Shown one piece after another: positions 1 through 13,700 of a DNA stretch of 64,000 nucleotides. The stretch is from contig LSRY02000067.1 in assembly GCA_001643675.2 (NCBI GenBank), forward strand, positions 186,001 through 250,000, written 5' to 3'. A model generated the notes under the pieces. That model did no database searches. It had not been told where the DNA came from and was given only the letters and a program-made list of their open reading frames with translations. A program made the position numbers and the translations under genes. This DNA comes from Monocercomonoides exilis PA203. Taxonomy: Eukaryota; Protista; Preaxostyla. Within the stretch, counting starts at the first letter, position 1. Every line of letters starts with the position of its first letter.

Positions 1-13
1 AGAAAAAGAAAAG

Positions 14-37
<24 letters not shown>
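1..37 (+). repeat. (AAAAG)n microsatellite, intronic on the kinase strand
   Basis: agaaaaagaaaagaaaaagaaaagaaaagaaaagaaa. Confidence 0.6.
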
Positions 38-44
<7 letters not shown>

Positions 45-1272
45 AAAATAAAATATAAAATTCAATAAACACACAATTTTCAGCATGTTCTGTATAATCC
101 TCTTCAGCGCCGGGTCAAAATGCTCCGGGAACGAAAGATGCTCAGAATCATACTCATACAAAATATACTCCACACTCGAACCCGAAATCGCCCCTGATTG
201 CACTGAAAGTGAGCCAGAAACTGCCAAAGGAGAAGGATTTTGAGAGGAAGCAATGAAAAATGTGGGGTTTTCTGATGAAAATGGAGGGAAAGGATAGGTG
301 TGAGTAGCCATTTCATAGAGAAGGACACCAAGTGAGAAGATGTCACCAGCAGGAATGCGTCTATTATAAAAAAAAAAAAAAACAGGGAATAATAATAAAA
401 ATTCATTTTTTTAAGTTGAATGAAATTATGTTTTGATTTTTAAAGGTTTTCAAACAATCCGTCTTTTATCAGTTCGGGTGCAGCATATCGACTGTTATTC
501 AATAAAAATTCAATGAAAATAAATAAAAGATCAAATCAAACAAAAAATTGAAGAAGAAAAGATAGATATCAATCTTGATGTTCAAATGAAGAATCACAAA
601 CTGCACAAAAGGGTCTGAAAAATCTGCGCTTCTAGTAGAATCAAGGCATTGAGCTTGACAATAATCAGCTAAATAATTATAATAATAATAATAATAATTT
701 TAAAAATTCGAAATTGAATCAAAAAAGCAAAAATACAAAATACTGCAAACAAAGTTTACAAATCCCATCTTTATCAATAAAGATGTTTTCGGGCTTAAGA
801 TCTCCATGAATTCTTCCTCTATCATGCAATTCTGAAAGGCCAAGAATAAAATGAGCGAAAAATACCCAAGTTTCCTTTGAATGCAAATGGTAAAAAAGGC
901 CCGAAATGATATGAAAAAAGAAATTCAATGACTAATTGATAAAATAATATCACACTTTATCAGAAAATTTGGTTGGATGTGATTGAAGTTGTGTCCTTAA
1001 ACTGCCACGAGAGCAATAATCCATTACCAAATAACAATGTTGCACATCTCTAAATGCAGCATGATATTTGAGGAGAAAATTGCTTTTTATGTTTGGCAGT
1101 TCTTGAATTACTTGAGGAATAGAAGATGAAGTCGATATAATCTTCAAAGGTATTTTTTTCCATGCAAATTTTTGCTCTGTTACTGCATGAGTAACTTGAT
1201 GCACTTCTCCAATCAGCCCTGATCCGATATGCTTTTCGACTCGGACTATGATGACAATTGCAAATCATTCAT
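1..1272 (-). CDS. Ser/Thr protein kinase (NEK-like), multi-exon, 3' end runs off the window; 5' end uncertain
   Basis: IGSGLIGEV Gly-loop (~1231-1202), FAWKKI, YLVMDYCSRGSL, IHGDLKPENIFID, then ADYC and YAAPEL in downstream exons separated by AT-rich GT-AG introns. Neither nearby ATG (1272, 1268) is in the kinase frame. Confidence 0.8.
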
Positions 1273-1549
1273 TTATTTATCTGAATTAATCAAATTCTCA
1301 ATAATTTTACGTTGCAGACATTGTTCATAACTAAATAGCCCATTTTGCATCGTAACGATGCTTTAATAAAAGTTATTGACAACTCGAAACAACTTTTTTT
1401 TAAGAAAATTTCCCACTATAAAATAATCATCTTCTTTTCAATAAATTATTTGCAATAAATAGAAATATATCAAAAAAAGTTCAATGAACTGGAACATCCC
1501 AAAAAGTGTTCTGACTGAACCCATATTTATTTAGTCGTTTGACCGTTAA

Positions 1550-4500
1550 ATGTCTGAATCAGTTACTGTTGCTTTAAGAGTTCGTCCTTTAAATTCAAAG
1601 GAGAAAAAAGAGAAATGCACAGAAATACAAACTATTTCTGGAAAGTCGATTACCGTTGTAAACCCAAAGGAGTTTTGAATATTTTCTTAATTAAACATTC
1701 AATTTTATTTTTTTTAAAGTAAATCAAAGAAAACTTTCACATTTGATTACGTGTATGGAACAAAGACTACGCAAGACGTTTGAGAACTCTTTTTTTCATC
1801 GGATTTTTTTATTAATGAGAAAATATATATTTTTAAAATTTCAGCAAGTTTTCAATGATCTTGGGAAATTGTATTTGGAAAACTGCTGGAATGGATTTAA
1901 CTGTACATTGTTTGCATATGGACAAACAGGAGCAGGAAAATCTTATTCTATGACAGGCTCAAATGATTCACCCGATACACGAGGTATTATTCCTCGTGGC
2001 TGCGAAGAAATGTTTCGTAGAATTGAAGCAAACGATAACCCTGACGTTTCATATGAAGTTAAGGTATTTGCACTGGGCAATCTGTTTTTGTCTCGGATTT
2101 TGAACCTTTTTGCTTTAGGTTTCTTTCCTCGAATTATACAACGAAAAACTTCAAGATTTGCTTGATCCAAAAAGCAATAAAAACATAAAAATTCGAGAAT
2201 CACCATCAAAAGGAGTTTATGTGGAAAATGTTGTTGAAGAGCTTGTTGAAAGTTATAAGGAAATTGAGGAAGTTCTGGAAGAAGGAGAAAAATCTCGAAC
2301 TGTTGCAGCTACAAACATGAACGCAACCAGTTCAAGATCTCATTCCGTTTTGACCATTTTCTTCACTCGTAATGAGGCATGAATAAATTAGAGATTGTTT
2401 ATTTTTTTTATACTTTTTAATGACTCTTTTCTTATTCAGGTTATCGAAGGGAAGAAGACCCAAAAAGATTCCAGAATAAATCTTGTAGATCTTGCTGGAA
2501 GTGAACGTCAGGCTAAAACAGGAGCAACTGGACAAAGATTGGCTGAAGCAAACGCAATCAACAAAAGTCTTTCAGGTGTGTTTTGATACTCAATTATTCA
2601 ATTTTTAATTTTAAATGATAACTAATTTATTTGTATTTGACCAATTCCATAATATTCTTTTTGAATGTTATTAAAAAATATCTTTAAATGCATTGCCTTC
2701 TTCAGCTCTTGGAAATGTGATAACAGCGCTTGCCAACCAAGCCAAGGGTAAAAACGTGTTTGTGCCTTATAGAGACTCAATCTTGACAAGAATGCTTCAA
2801 GATTCACTTGGAGGTAACAGCAAAACCATTATGATTGCTGCTATGTCGCCTGCATCCACAAACTATGATGAAGGTTTGAGAAAATTATTGATATTTGAAA
2901 ATTAAAAAAAAAATGTTATTTTCTATTCATTTTTTTATTTATATTTTAATGTTTGATTTTGAAAAATTCTATCAAACTTCTAAAAAAATTCACTTTATCG
3001 TGTAAATCTAACCCACATCCATAATTCTCATATCTTCTTCATTTTATTCCACAAACATAAACAGGTGTCTCAACACTTCAATACGCTGATCGTGCCAAGC
3101 AGATCAAGAACACACCAGTTGTCAATGAAAGTGAAAGCGACAAGCTCATCAAGGAATTGAGAGCACAAATCGAAGAACTCCAGCAGCAGCTGAGTGGAAA
3201 CGGAGGTGCTGCACAAGGCGGAGGTTTGATTATCTTAACAATGAGGAGGGATTTTTTTGTATTGCTTTTATAATAATTTTTGTCAATATGCTTTAATGAA
3301 ATTATATTTAATCTTTATGCTTTTAATTCCTTTTATTGTAATATTTAATAATTTTCCTCTAAAACATTGTTTTTTCTTTCTTTTTCTACTCCATCACTTC
3401 AGCTGTTGAATTAACAGCCGAAGAGAAAGAAGAAGCCGCAAAATTAGAAGCCGAACGCGCTGCCCTTGAAAAGAACAAGGAAGAAACCCAACAAATGGAA
3501 GAAGCACTCGAAGCCCAGCGTTTGGCGTTTGAGAAAGAGAAAGAAGCACTGAGGAAGAAAGCAGAAGAGGAAGGCAACCAAATGACCGAAGAAAGCTTAA
3601 TGAAGGCGATGGAAGACAAATTACAGGAGCTGGCGAAGCAGCAGGAAGAAATGAACGAGAAGAAGAAGAGAGAGGCAGAAGCAACTGAACAGCTGCTGGT
3701 GAAGGAGAATGAAATGAAAGCGATCCAAGAACAAAAAGAGCAGGCGGCAAGTGATCTTGCCATTGCCATGAGCCAACTGCAGAGCATGACGCAGTCGATG
3801 GAGGAGAAGAAGGCAAAAGCACAGGAGATGCACAAGAAGAGACAGAGCTACTTGCAAGACATGGGGCTTTCGACTTCTGAGATCGCCGAGATGATGGGGC
3901 TGAGCAAAGGCGCTCCACAACTGAGAAACTTGTCATTCTCACCTGATATGGCGGGTGGGCTTGTGTTCTATTTGAAGCCAGGTGCGACGATTGTGGGGAG
4001 CGATTCACAGAAAGCAGACATTGTAAGCAAAGGATTAGGGATTTTGGACGTGCACGCGAAGCTGATGCTGGATGAGGAGAAAAAAACAGTCACATTGACG
4101 CTTCCTGAGGAAACGCTGGCAAAAGGCGGGAAAGTTGTGGTGAATGGAAAAATTGTGAGCGAAAGAATGACAGCAATTGAACCAGGCGATCGTATTATAT
4201 TCGGGAGGAATTTCATGACCCGTCTGTATTACGATGACAAAGCACCGATTAAGCCACTTGGAGTGGATGCAGAAGAGTCAACAGAGATTATGCAGGCAGA
4301 GCTGGCAGTGGCGAATGGGAAGGCTTCATCAGCTGAGGAGTATCTGAAGAAGCAGCAGACGATTGGGTGGTTGATGCATGCCGATGATGTGATTGACGAG
4401 GCGAATGAGATTGCACAAACACTCCAGAGGAAGATCACATACGGAATGGACATTGTGGAGGAGAAGAAGACGGTTGTGGTGAAGGTGAATTCATTCGAAG

Positions 4501-5924
4501 AGTCAGCCACACAGGAATGGACGTTGGACGAATTGGAGAATGAGAAGCTGCCTCAGATGCGTCTTGTTCTGAAGGATTACTTGGAGAACGGTGTAGTTCT
4601 TGACCCACCAGCCATTGATCCGTTCTTTGAGCCGCCACAAGATGAGAAAATTGGTGAATGTGGAATGACAATGGCGCGGCTGTTTGTGGATGGGATGACA
4701 GAAAAAACACTTGTGATGCGAAGAGAAGTGGAGGATGAAGAGCTGGATGCACTGGACAATACTGACGTTCCTGATACTGATGCTTCTTCTTCTTCTTCTT
4801 CTTCAGATAGCAATGCAACTGAAGAGGAAAAGATGAAAGTGAGGGCAAAAGGGATAGAATATGGGCGTGTGGAAGTAGCAATGCAGCTGCGGATGAGGAA
4901 AGCGTCTGTTCCAAGCACCAAAAACCCGAAGAAGCTTGTTAAACAGCCGATTATTGCGATCCCCAGGAAGGAGAAGACGGAGCAGATGGAAGAGGAAATA
5001 AAATCGAAGACAGAAATTCCTTCTTCTTCCTCTTCCTCTTCTTCCTCTTCCACTTCTTCAACAGTTTCTGGTGCTACTTCTGTGACAAATGCACCGAAGA
5101 CGAACAAAGCTGGCGGAGGGAAAAGCAAGAGCACCAAAAATGAAGGCAAAAAGGAAGAAAAAGGAGAAAAAGGAGAAGAGAAGACGAATAACAGCTCTAA
5201 TAACAAGAAGAAGAGCGAAGAAGGAGATGATTCCGTGTCATCATCCACAACACACGATGCAGTTGATTTAGAAGCAGTTATTGGCAACACACTTGTTCTG
5301 ACGATTGATGTGAAAGGAATGCAATTGTCACCATTTGTGCAGACAACAAGCGGAGTGTTTATGCGCTTCCAATCACCATTGGAAACAGAAGTGATCACAA
5401 AAAGAACAGAAATTGCAGAGGAGGTTGAGGTGCAGCTGAACAAGCTGGAGAAGATGAAGGCGATGCAAGAGGAAGAGAAAGCTGATCAAATCGAGAAGAC
5501 GAAGGAAAGTGAATGCACAGGTGATTCAAACACACAAAAAGCCGAGCAAACTGAAGAAGCAAGTGAAAAACTGAAGAGAAAGAGGACGGTGAAGAAGTAC
5601 AAGTACTCCAATTCGGAAGCTTCATACACTTTTGAGATTGCAAATGTGACGAAGAAGGACATTGAGCATCTGTCTTCTCTTTCAATCGTGTTTGAGGTTG
5701 TGGGCCATGCCTCGTCGCACAAACAGCCTTCGACAGAAGAAACAGCCAAGCTGGTTGCACTGAGGCAGAAGACGGCGAAGAAGAGGGCGGAGAAGAAGAA
5801 GGCTGAGGTGGAGTTGAAGGAAAGGGAGGAAGAGTTGAAGAAGATGAAGGAAGAGATGGATGCACTTGCTAGTAAAGTGTCAGAACTCGAAAAAAGCGAA
5901 TCGTCAAGTTGCGTCATCCTATAA
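1550..5924 (+). CDS. Kinesin-3 family motor (KIF1/KIF13/KIF28-like) with FHA-like domain and C-terminal CaaX; 8 exons, ~1213 aa
   Basis: Exons 1550-1671, 1720-1777, 1845-2063, 2119-2376, 2440-2575, 2706-2873, 3065-3223, 3403-5924 splice in frame (3642 nt). Motifs [56 protein letters not shown]; coiled coil; FHA-like [14 protein letters not shown]...PGDRIIFG; ends SSSCVIL*. Confidence 0.93.
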
Positions 5925-6471
5925 AATTTGACATATTTTTGAGAAAGAAATATTTTGTATTTCAATAGAAATCGCTTGATTTTTTTTTTTTTAAATGAAT
6001 AGCTAGAATAAATTTTGCATATTTCATATCTTTTCATTAATCCTTTCCATAAAATTGTAATTTTCTTTATATCATTTTAACACTTGTTCTTCCTGATTAA
6101 TCCGTTTTGATCGGTTTTTTAGCCGTTTTTATCATTTTTTAAACCAACATCTTATATTTCTTTCTTTTTTTTTATCTCATATCATTCTTTTAATCATTCA
6201 AAATAACAGTTTTTAATCTAAAAATCACTTTTAAATTTATAATGTGAAGCAATAAAGCAAATGTTTAATTTTTTTTTTAGAAATACAAAGAACAATCAAA
6301 ATTTAATTTACTTCACAATAAAATTTTCTCACGAAAAATGATCAAAACCATAATATAGCAGAAAAATTTGTGCGCAAATAATAAGGAAATCAATGATAAT
6401 TATTATATATAACTTTTCATTTTTTTCAAAAAATTAATATTTTATAAAATATTTGAATTTTTTTTGAAATA

Positions 6472-6921
6472 ATGCCAGCAAAGAAAGTCGATTCACCAGC
6501 TACAGATAAGAAGCGCGTTGAGGTTGCAAAGAAAGCACCAGTGCGTGTTAAGAAAGCAGATGGAGACAAGAAATCAAAATCTCGCTCAGAGCGCGCAGGA
6601 CTGCAGTTCCCAGTTGGGCGTATCCATCGTCTGTTGCACCAAGGAAGCTATGCTGAAAGAATTGGAGCAGGAGCACCTGTGTACTTGGCAGCTGTTTTGG
6701 AATACTTAACAGCCGAAGTGTTGGAACTTGCAGGAAACGCATCTCGTGACCACAAGAAGCAGAGAATTGTTCCCAGACACATTCAGTTGGCTATTCGCAA
6801 CGACGAAGAGTTGAACAAACTTCTCTCACACATCACAGTTCCATCTGGAGGTGTGATGCCAAACATCCACAGCGCTCTTATTCCAAAGAAATCCAAGACT
6901 GGAAACGAAGAAGAAGAGTAA
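6472..6921 (+). CDS. H2A: Histone H2A, intronless
   Basis: [68 protein letters not shown]; no C-terminal SQ(E/D) motif. Confidence 0.97.
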   Translation: MPAKKVDSPATDKKRVEVAKKAPVRVKKADGDKKSKSRSERAGLQFPVGRIHRLLHQGSYAERIGAGAPVYLAAVLEYLTAEVLELAGNASRDHKKQRIVPRHIQLAIRNDEELNKLLSHITVPSGGVMPNIHSALIPKKSKTGNEEEE

Positions 6922-7786
6922 ATTTTTTCAAAAAATATTAAATTCTTGTTATTTTTTTTGTGTGTTTATTAACACAGTTTTCAATAAACTTCGATAATAA
7001 TAAAATTTTCTTATTTTGTTAAAAAAGAAAACGAAAAATTATTTTAAAAAGAAAATTTTGAACTGTTAAAAAATAGCTACAAGCTGAAAAACTGTTGTTG
7101 TAAGTGAATCTTTATGTGATTGAGATTTGTCATTGGTATGAAGTTGAAAATTAATCTTTATGAAAACTTATTCAAAGAAATGGGGCAAAATTTTTTCTTT
7201 TTTGAAAAAAACCACGATTTGATCCAAACTTTTTCCACAACCTTATCATGAGAAATCTTTCATTCTCATGTCAAAAACACATAGGAAAATTTTCGGAATT
7301 GATAAATTAATTAAATGTGCAGAATGGAACAAAATTCAAAAAACAAAAAATTTCTTCCCAAATAAATGATCTTTTGAAATGTTATATAATTAAATTTATT
7401 GATTGTTTCGTTTTGATTTTCAAGGCTTTTGTCAAACTTTTCAGCAAAAATATACATTGGATAGATTTAAGCTTCTTTTTAATTTCTATTGTCGGGATTT
7501 TATTTGCCTTACTCCTCATTTAAACTTTCAACCATATTTTTATTGTTGAACGAGACTTTTGCTTGAACACAAAAGATATGAAATTCATTATGTGTTTTGA
7601 ACTGCTGGCCTATTTATGTGCCGTAGAGGACTGCAAGAATATTTTCAGTGAGGAGTCCCTTCGAAGGAAGCAATCAAATATTAATGAATATTGCTTAGAT
7701 GAGGTTTGTGCTCTGTTGCTTGCTTTGAAAATCATAGCTTTTTTCCTCGTTATTATTTATTGTGTGGGTTATGCTAGCAGAGCTCG

Positions 7787-10700
7787 GTGTCTGCATCTTT
7801 CTCTTTGCAAAATGCTTCGACACAAATATGTTTCACAACACTTGTGGTGGCAGGAAAAGGGTCCCTTGTCAGGGTCAGAGCGAATTCTTTTGTCAGTGCA
7901 TCGTCTTGTGCGATTGATGTTGTGAGAAAGGCAGAAGACTTGCCAATGCTCAGCTTTGATGGAAATGTGCAGCTGTGCAATGTTTCTTTCAATCTTCGTC
8001 AACGTGCTCAACACTTTCCGCTTTTGGCTTCTCCACTTTCGTACGAGCATTTGGAGCTGTCGAGTGAGCTTTCCATTGTGTCGTGCGCTTTTGCGGATTT
8101 TGTTCATTTGTCTGTGCCGTTTTTGCCTCCATCGATTGCCCATGTTTCTGTTGAAGGTGCAACTTTCAGGAATGTGTCGTCATCAGCACTGCATCCACGG
8201 CAGGCGCTTTGTGCATTTTCACAGGCATGCTCTTTCGAGAGCTGTTTGTTTGGATGTGTGCGTGATGCGTTTGATGGGGGAATTACGCAGTCAGTCAATT
8301 CTGAGCACGTGCCAAGGCTTCATTTTCTCAACAATTCGTTTTCACTGTGCCAACGCACTTCAAATGTCAATATCAACGGATCAGAGGGAAATCCACAAAG
8401 GCCCTCGAGGCAGACATCTCTAAGCTCTGGGATGAACGCATTTGCTTGGTGTGAATGGACAGACTCAACTGGAGATCGTGGAGGTGCAATTTCAATAAAA
8501 ACGAGCGCTGTGGAGTTAACTATTAATTTTTGCACATTCATCAGTTGCCATGCCAGTGAATACGGAGGTGCAATATATGCTGCTTCGAATTCATATTTGA
8601 GTGTGGCAAACAGTTCATTTGTCAAATGTGAGGCAACTTCATTCGATGGCGGAGGGCTTTATACGCAAAATATCAGTAATTTTTGTCTTGTTTCCAATTG
8701 TTTTTTTATGGAATGCAATTCCACATACAGTGGAGGAGGGCTTCATGTGAGGTTGCAAACTCCAATATCTTTTCGGGGAGAGGCAGAAAAAATCGAATAC
8801 ACTGTGATTAATAACTGTTCATTTGTGACCTGTTCTGTGGCAGAAAGAACTGGTGGTGGGCTTTGCTTTCGTCCTGCTCCAGATGTTCGCACAGTTTCCA
8901 AAAGCTGTATTTTTTACAAATGCACAGCTTCTTTTCAAGGGGGTGGATTGTCATTAGAACCACTTTTTGTTAAAGAAGGTTCTCAAAAATTATGTTCATT
9001 CTTTCTATTTCAGAAGTGTTCTTGTTCATCTTCCGATGCTCAAGGGCATGATGTTTTCATAGATGATCAAAAAGACAAAATTTCAGATTCTGCTTTATTT
9101 GAATGCTACACGTCTAATCCTTCTGAGCAGAGAGTGTGCTGGCGCACAAGTAATAATGAGTTTTCATGCAAAAAGGATTGTATTCTTGATGGATTGACTC
9201 TTTTTGCATGCTCAGGAGGATTGTTGGTGGAATATTGCGGATTGCAAAGATCTTCAGCCTGCAAGACCATTGACTACACACTGAACACACGTCTTGATGG
9301 AATGGCCTCATGCAAATTAGTCTTGCTGGAAAGTTCATTTGACCCGCAGTTTATAGAAGCTGCGAACAGAGATATTGTTATTTCTGGAGAAGACAAGAGG
9401 AACACAATTTTATCCACCACATCTGTATCAGGATCATCGCTGTTCGCAGCAGCGAATGGCCATTTGGAAGCAAGCACGTTTTCGATTGAGCATTCAAATG
9501 AGAGAAGAGATATTTCGTTGTTTGCCGTTTCCAGAGGGGGTGTTCTTGATATCAGTGAAATTTTGATTGCGCCATCAGCAGATCACACATTATCCACTCC
9601 TTATACTGCATCGCTGCTTGTTTCTGGAACAGGAGGGATTGCGACGCTTTCAGGCATTTCTGCTGAAGGGTTCTTCCTTTCGGGAGTTTAGGTATTTTCG
9701 TTTGACTCGTCAGCAGTGCCCGAAAATGAGGAGCAGAAGCTGACACTGGATGCCTGCACCTTTTGTGAAGTAAAACGAAGTGGAGGGGAAGGAGGAGGGG
9801 TGATTGGGTGGCAGATGGGCAGACAAGACATCTTGGCAATCAACAACTGCACATTTAGGGATTGTGAGACAGGAAATGGGAGTGGAGGAGCAATCAACAT
9901 TGAAGCAAGCGCGACGAGCGAGGTGAGAATCGGAAATGAATCAAACACTTTGTTTGAAAGTTGTTTGGCATCAGAAAAGCCAGCTGCACAAGGGAAAGGC
10001 GGAGGCATATTTCTTTGTATTGGCTCAGAACCTTCTGGAATATTGCTGAAAGAGCTGAGCTTTGTGAGCTGCCGTGCTTGGAAAGGAAGCAAGTTTTTTA
10101 TGGATGTTCCGGACATTCACACAACATTGGTGAGTGATTGCTTGCAGTTCGAGATACCACAGGGGGAGCAGACAGAAGAGGAGTTTATGGGATTTGAGGG
10201 AGGAAATCGCAATTACCCGATTCCTTTGTATTTTTATCTTGTGGATGTGACTTTACTGACATATATTGGCGGAGACAATAACTTTGACTTTGATGTGTGT
10301 GGATATCGCAACTATCCATGCAGCACAACCGCGTTTGCGGCATCAAAGCGATCAGACTTTGCGAAGCAGACTTTTGTCCTGAAATGCGGGTTTCTATGGA
10401 AGGAATATCTGGTTTTGAAAGATTCTGAATGGAACATATATTGCGAAGCTGCGTCGACAGAAATAGAAATTGGAGTGGAAGAGGCAAAAGAGAGCAGCAG
10501 TTTGGTGACGACAATGGCGAAGACGTTGATGAGCAATATTTCGTTTGTTATTCCATCGAGTTTGGGATCGTGCACCGAATCGCTGATGAAATGCACTCAA
10601 TCAGAACTATCCTTGGAAAACTGCTCGTTCTTTGCGAATGCGAATTCCAACAGCAAAATTGAATTTTGTGTGATGCGTGGGGTTGGAGGAAAAATCAGCC

Positions 10701-13700
10701 TTGAAGGAGTAACATTTAAGGACTTATCTTTGGAAATGAAGCAGCTCTTGGATTTTGATGCAAGAGGTGGAGCCAAGATTGAACTGAAGATGGTCTCTTG
10801 CCATTTTGAAAACACAACAACAAATCTGGAGTCTGGGTTGGTGCAAATCAGAAACATTGGGAAGTTGTCTGTTGGTAATTCGGCATTCTGCATGAGTGAA
10901 GAGCCAGCATGTGCGCTTTTTGAAGTGAGTGGAGTGAGTGTGTTGAATCTGGAGAACAGCACATTTTCAAGGGTGAGCAGAGGCGCAGGGTGTGGAGGAG
11001 TGATTGCTGGGAGAGTTTGTGAAGGAGATTTGATGAACGTCAGCGATTGTTCGTTTCTGTCAAACAACATCACAGAAGGAGGGATTAAAGGCGGGAGCTT
11101 GTTTGTTGCTGTGGAAAGCAGCGGGTCATTTGTTTTTGACAACAACGCGGTTTCAGAGAGCAAAGTCAGTGCAGAAAATGGGTTTGGGGGAGGACTGTTT
11201 GTGACACTGGAAGAGACAAATTGTGTGTATTCATTGAAGAAAATTGTGTTTTCGGAGAATGGAGCACAGAAGGGCCGAAACCTCTTTCTTGTGTGCCCAA
11301 CACCACGATTTGTTGTTGAGCCTGGTTTATTTGCAGGGTCAGCGGAAAAGGAAATGGGCGAGGCAGACATGTGGGTGTTTGACGATGTGAGCACACACAA
11401 AGTGGATGAGTCAATGAGAAAATATCTGTTTGTGTATGATGAGCAGACGATGTATGTTGACACCGAGCTTGGGACGAGGATGGAGAGGTGTGGGACAGAA
11501 GTGTTGCCTTGTCTGACGATGGATGAGGGTTTTGGGAATATGGCAGCCGTTCAGACGAGAATGTTCATTGTGAGATCGGTTGTTGTGGAAAGCGAGATCA
11601 AGCGAATTGGCTTGTCGCTGAGGATACAAGGCTGCGAAGAGAAGTCTGCGCTTTCTGTGAAGGAAAACAGCCACTTTGAGCAGACAAATGGAGCAAATGA
11701 TCTGTGCATTGTGTTCAGCAAGATATTGTTTGAGCTGCCTGGGGTGTCAAACAACCCAGAATTGATAACTATTGGCTGTGGAAAGTTGGATATCATTGAT
11801 TGCATTTTTGATGGCTTTTCAGAGGCTGTGCCTGTGCTTGTGACAAATTTGTTGATTATTCACTCGACAGGAGGGTCAGTGCATGTGGATGGGACAGAAA
11901 TGAATAGTCTGCAGTTTGAAGGGAATGGAGGATTGTGCTGTGCACAAGGGGGCTCTCTTTTGATGGAGAAGACAAATGTGAGGGGAATCAATGCGACAAA
12001 GTCAGGAGTCATCAAAGTGGAGCGAATGAATTCAATAATTTTGTCAACTGTTTCGTTCGAGGAGTGCGCTTCCGCTGTTTGCAGCAATGTGGAAGTTGCT
12101 GACTGTTTGAAAGCGGAAATTAATAATTGCACTATTAAAGGATGCATCGGGGAGGAAGGAGATGGTGGGTTTATGAGTTGTATGATGGAAGGAAGAGACG
12201 AGCTGAAGATCTTCAACTCGAGCATGAATGGTTGTAATGCAAAGGAAGATGGCGCAAAGGGAGGGGGAATGTTCCTCGATTTTTCGGATGATTCAGAGAA
12301 TTGCTATTTGCTGGAAAAGGTGTCATTTGAGTCGAATGTAGCAGCTATTGGAAAGAACATTTTCATGAAAGCTTCGGACTTGAATGTAACAGTGAAGAAT
12401 GGTGCTTTTGATTTTGAGTATTCTTCGATGAAAGATGATGAGAACGCTTTTGTGGGGAGTGACTTGGTGTTTGAAGAAGTCAGTTTGTTTGTATTTCTGA
12501 TTGAGTATTCGAGCTGGTCAGTTTACATATCGAGCACTGGCCACGATGTTGCTGGGTGCGGAAGCGAGATAATTCCATGCGGCACGTTTTGGAAGGGTGT
12601 TGAACATGCTGACAATTCTGGGCAAGTTGGAGAAATGATTATTGAAGGAACAGCAGAATTGCAGGAGAGCTACGATCTCTCAGGCTTTGTTGTGAGAAGC
12701 GAGCAGGATGAGGAAGCGGAGATGAAGCACGGGATTCTGCTGTTCAAGAACAAAATAGCGGAAGATGGCAAGGCGTATTTTGGGAATGAAAAGCAGCTTT
12801 CGTTTCGGATGATGAACTTCACGATTGATGGCAGTGCGAATGGAAGGATGCTGCTCATAGAAAGTGGCAAGGGATCGATTTGCATAACGCTTTGTTCGCT
12901 TCTTTCGATTGCAGCTTCGTCGTCACTGTGCAAAGATATCATGTTTCTTCACATGAAATCGGGGAGTCTGAATGTGTCAGGGCTGTATATTGAGGTGAGT
13001 CGGATGAAAAGCAATGTGATGGATGTGGCGAGCATCTGCCAGTGCGACATTGTTAATGTGAATGTGTTCGGCATCGTGATGGAGGATGGTTCGGTGATTG
13101 CGATGGAAGAACCCCTGCAGAGCGAAGGAAATCGAGAGAGTTATCTGAAGTTGAGGGACTCATCAATCCAACGAGTGACACGACTGGCTGGTGGAGCGAG
13201 TGTGCTAACTGTACCGACAACGTTGACGACTGATGTGGAGATTAACAACAGCGTGCTTGAAGTGTGTGCAGCAGGTTCTTCAGCGAAAGGGGGAGCAGTG
13301 TTTGCTGACCTGAGCAAGGAAAGCATGATCCGAGTGGTGAATTCGAAGGTTATTCAGTGTGGATGCTCTGTGACGATGGGTCGAGGAGGGGGATTGTATC
13401 TGGCGCTGAAGTATTCAGGGGAGCTGGGAATGCTGTTTGAGAGGGACGAGTTTGACTCGAACAGCGGAAAGGAAGGGAGAGACATTTTCGTTGAGTGCTG
13501 GAATATCTCGAGACAGATCAACGAGACGCTGTTCAAGCTGGACTTGAGGGAGAGCGAATTTGTGCGATACAACGCGATATTTGGGGTTGACTCAGAAAGT
13601 TCAGAAGTAGTGGATCTGATGGATTTCATTTTGATTTACCAATCAGAGACGATTGTTGTTTCATCGATTGAATGGAAAGGAGGGAAGGATATCAAGAAAT

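Noticed and set aside
3386-6037. Long minus-strand ORFs opposite the kinesin
   Set aside because: Ser/Phe-rich shadow frames of an E/K-rich coding strand.
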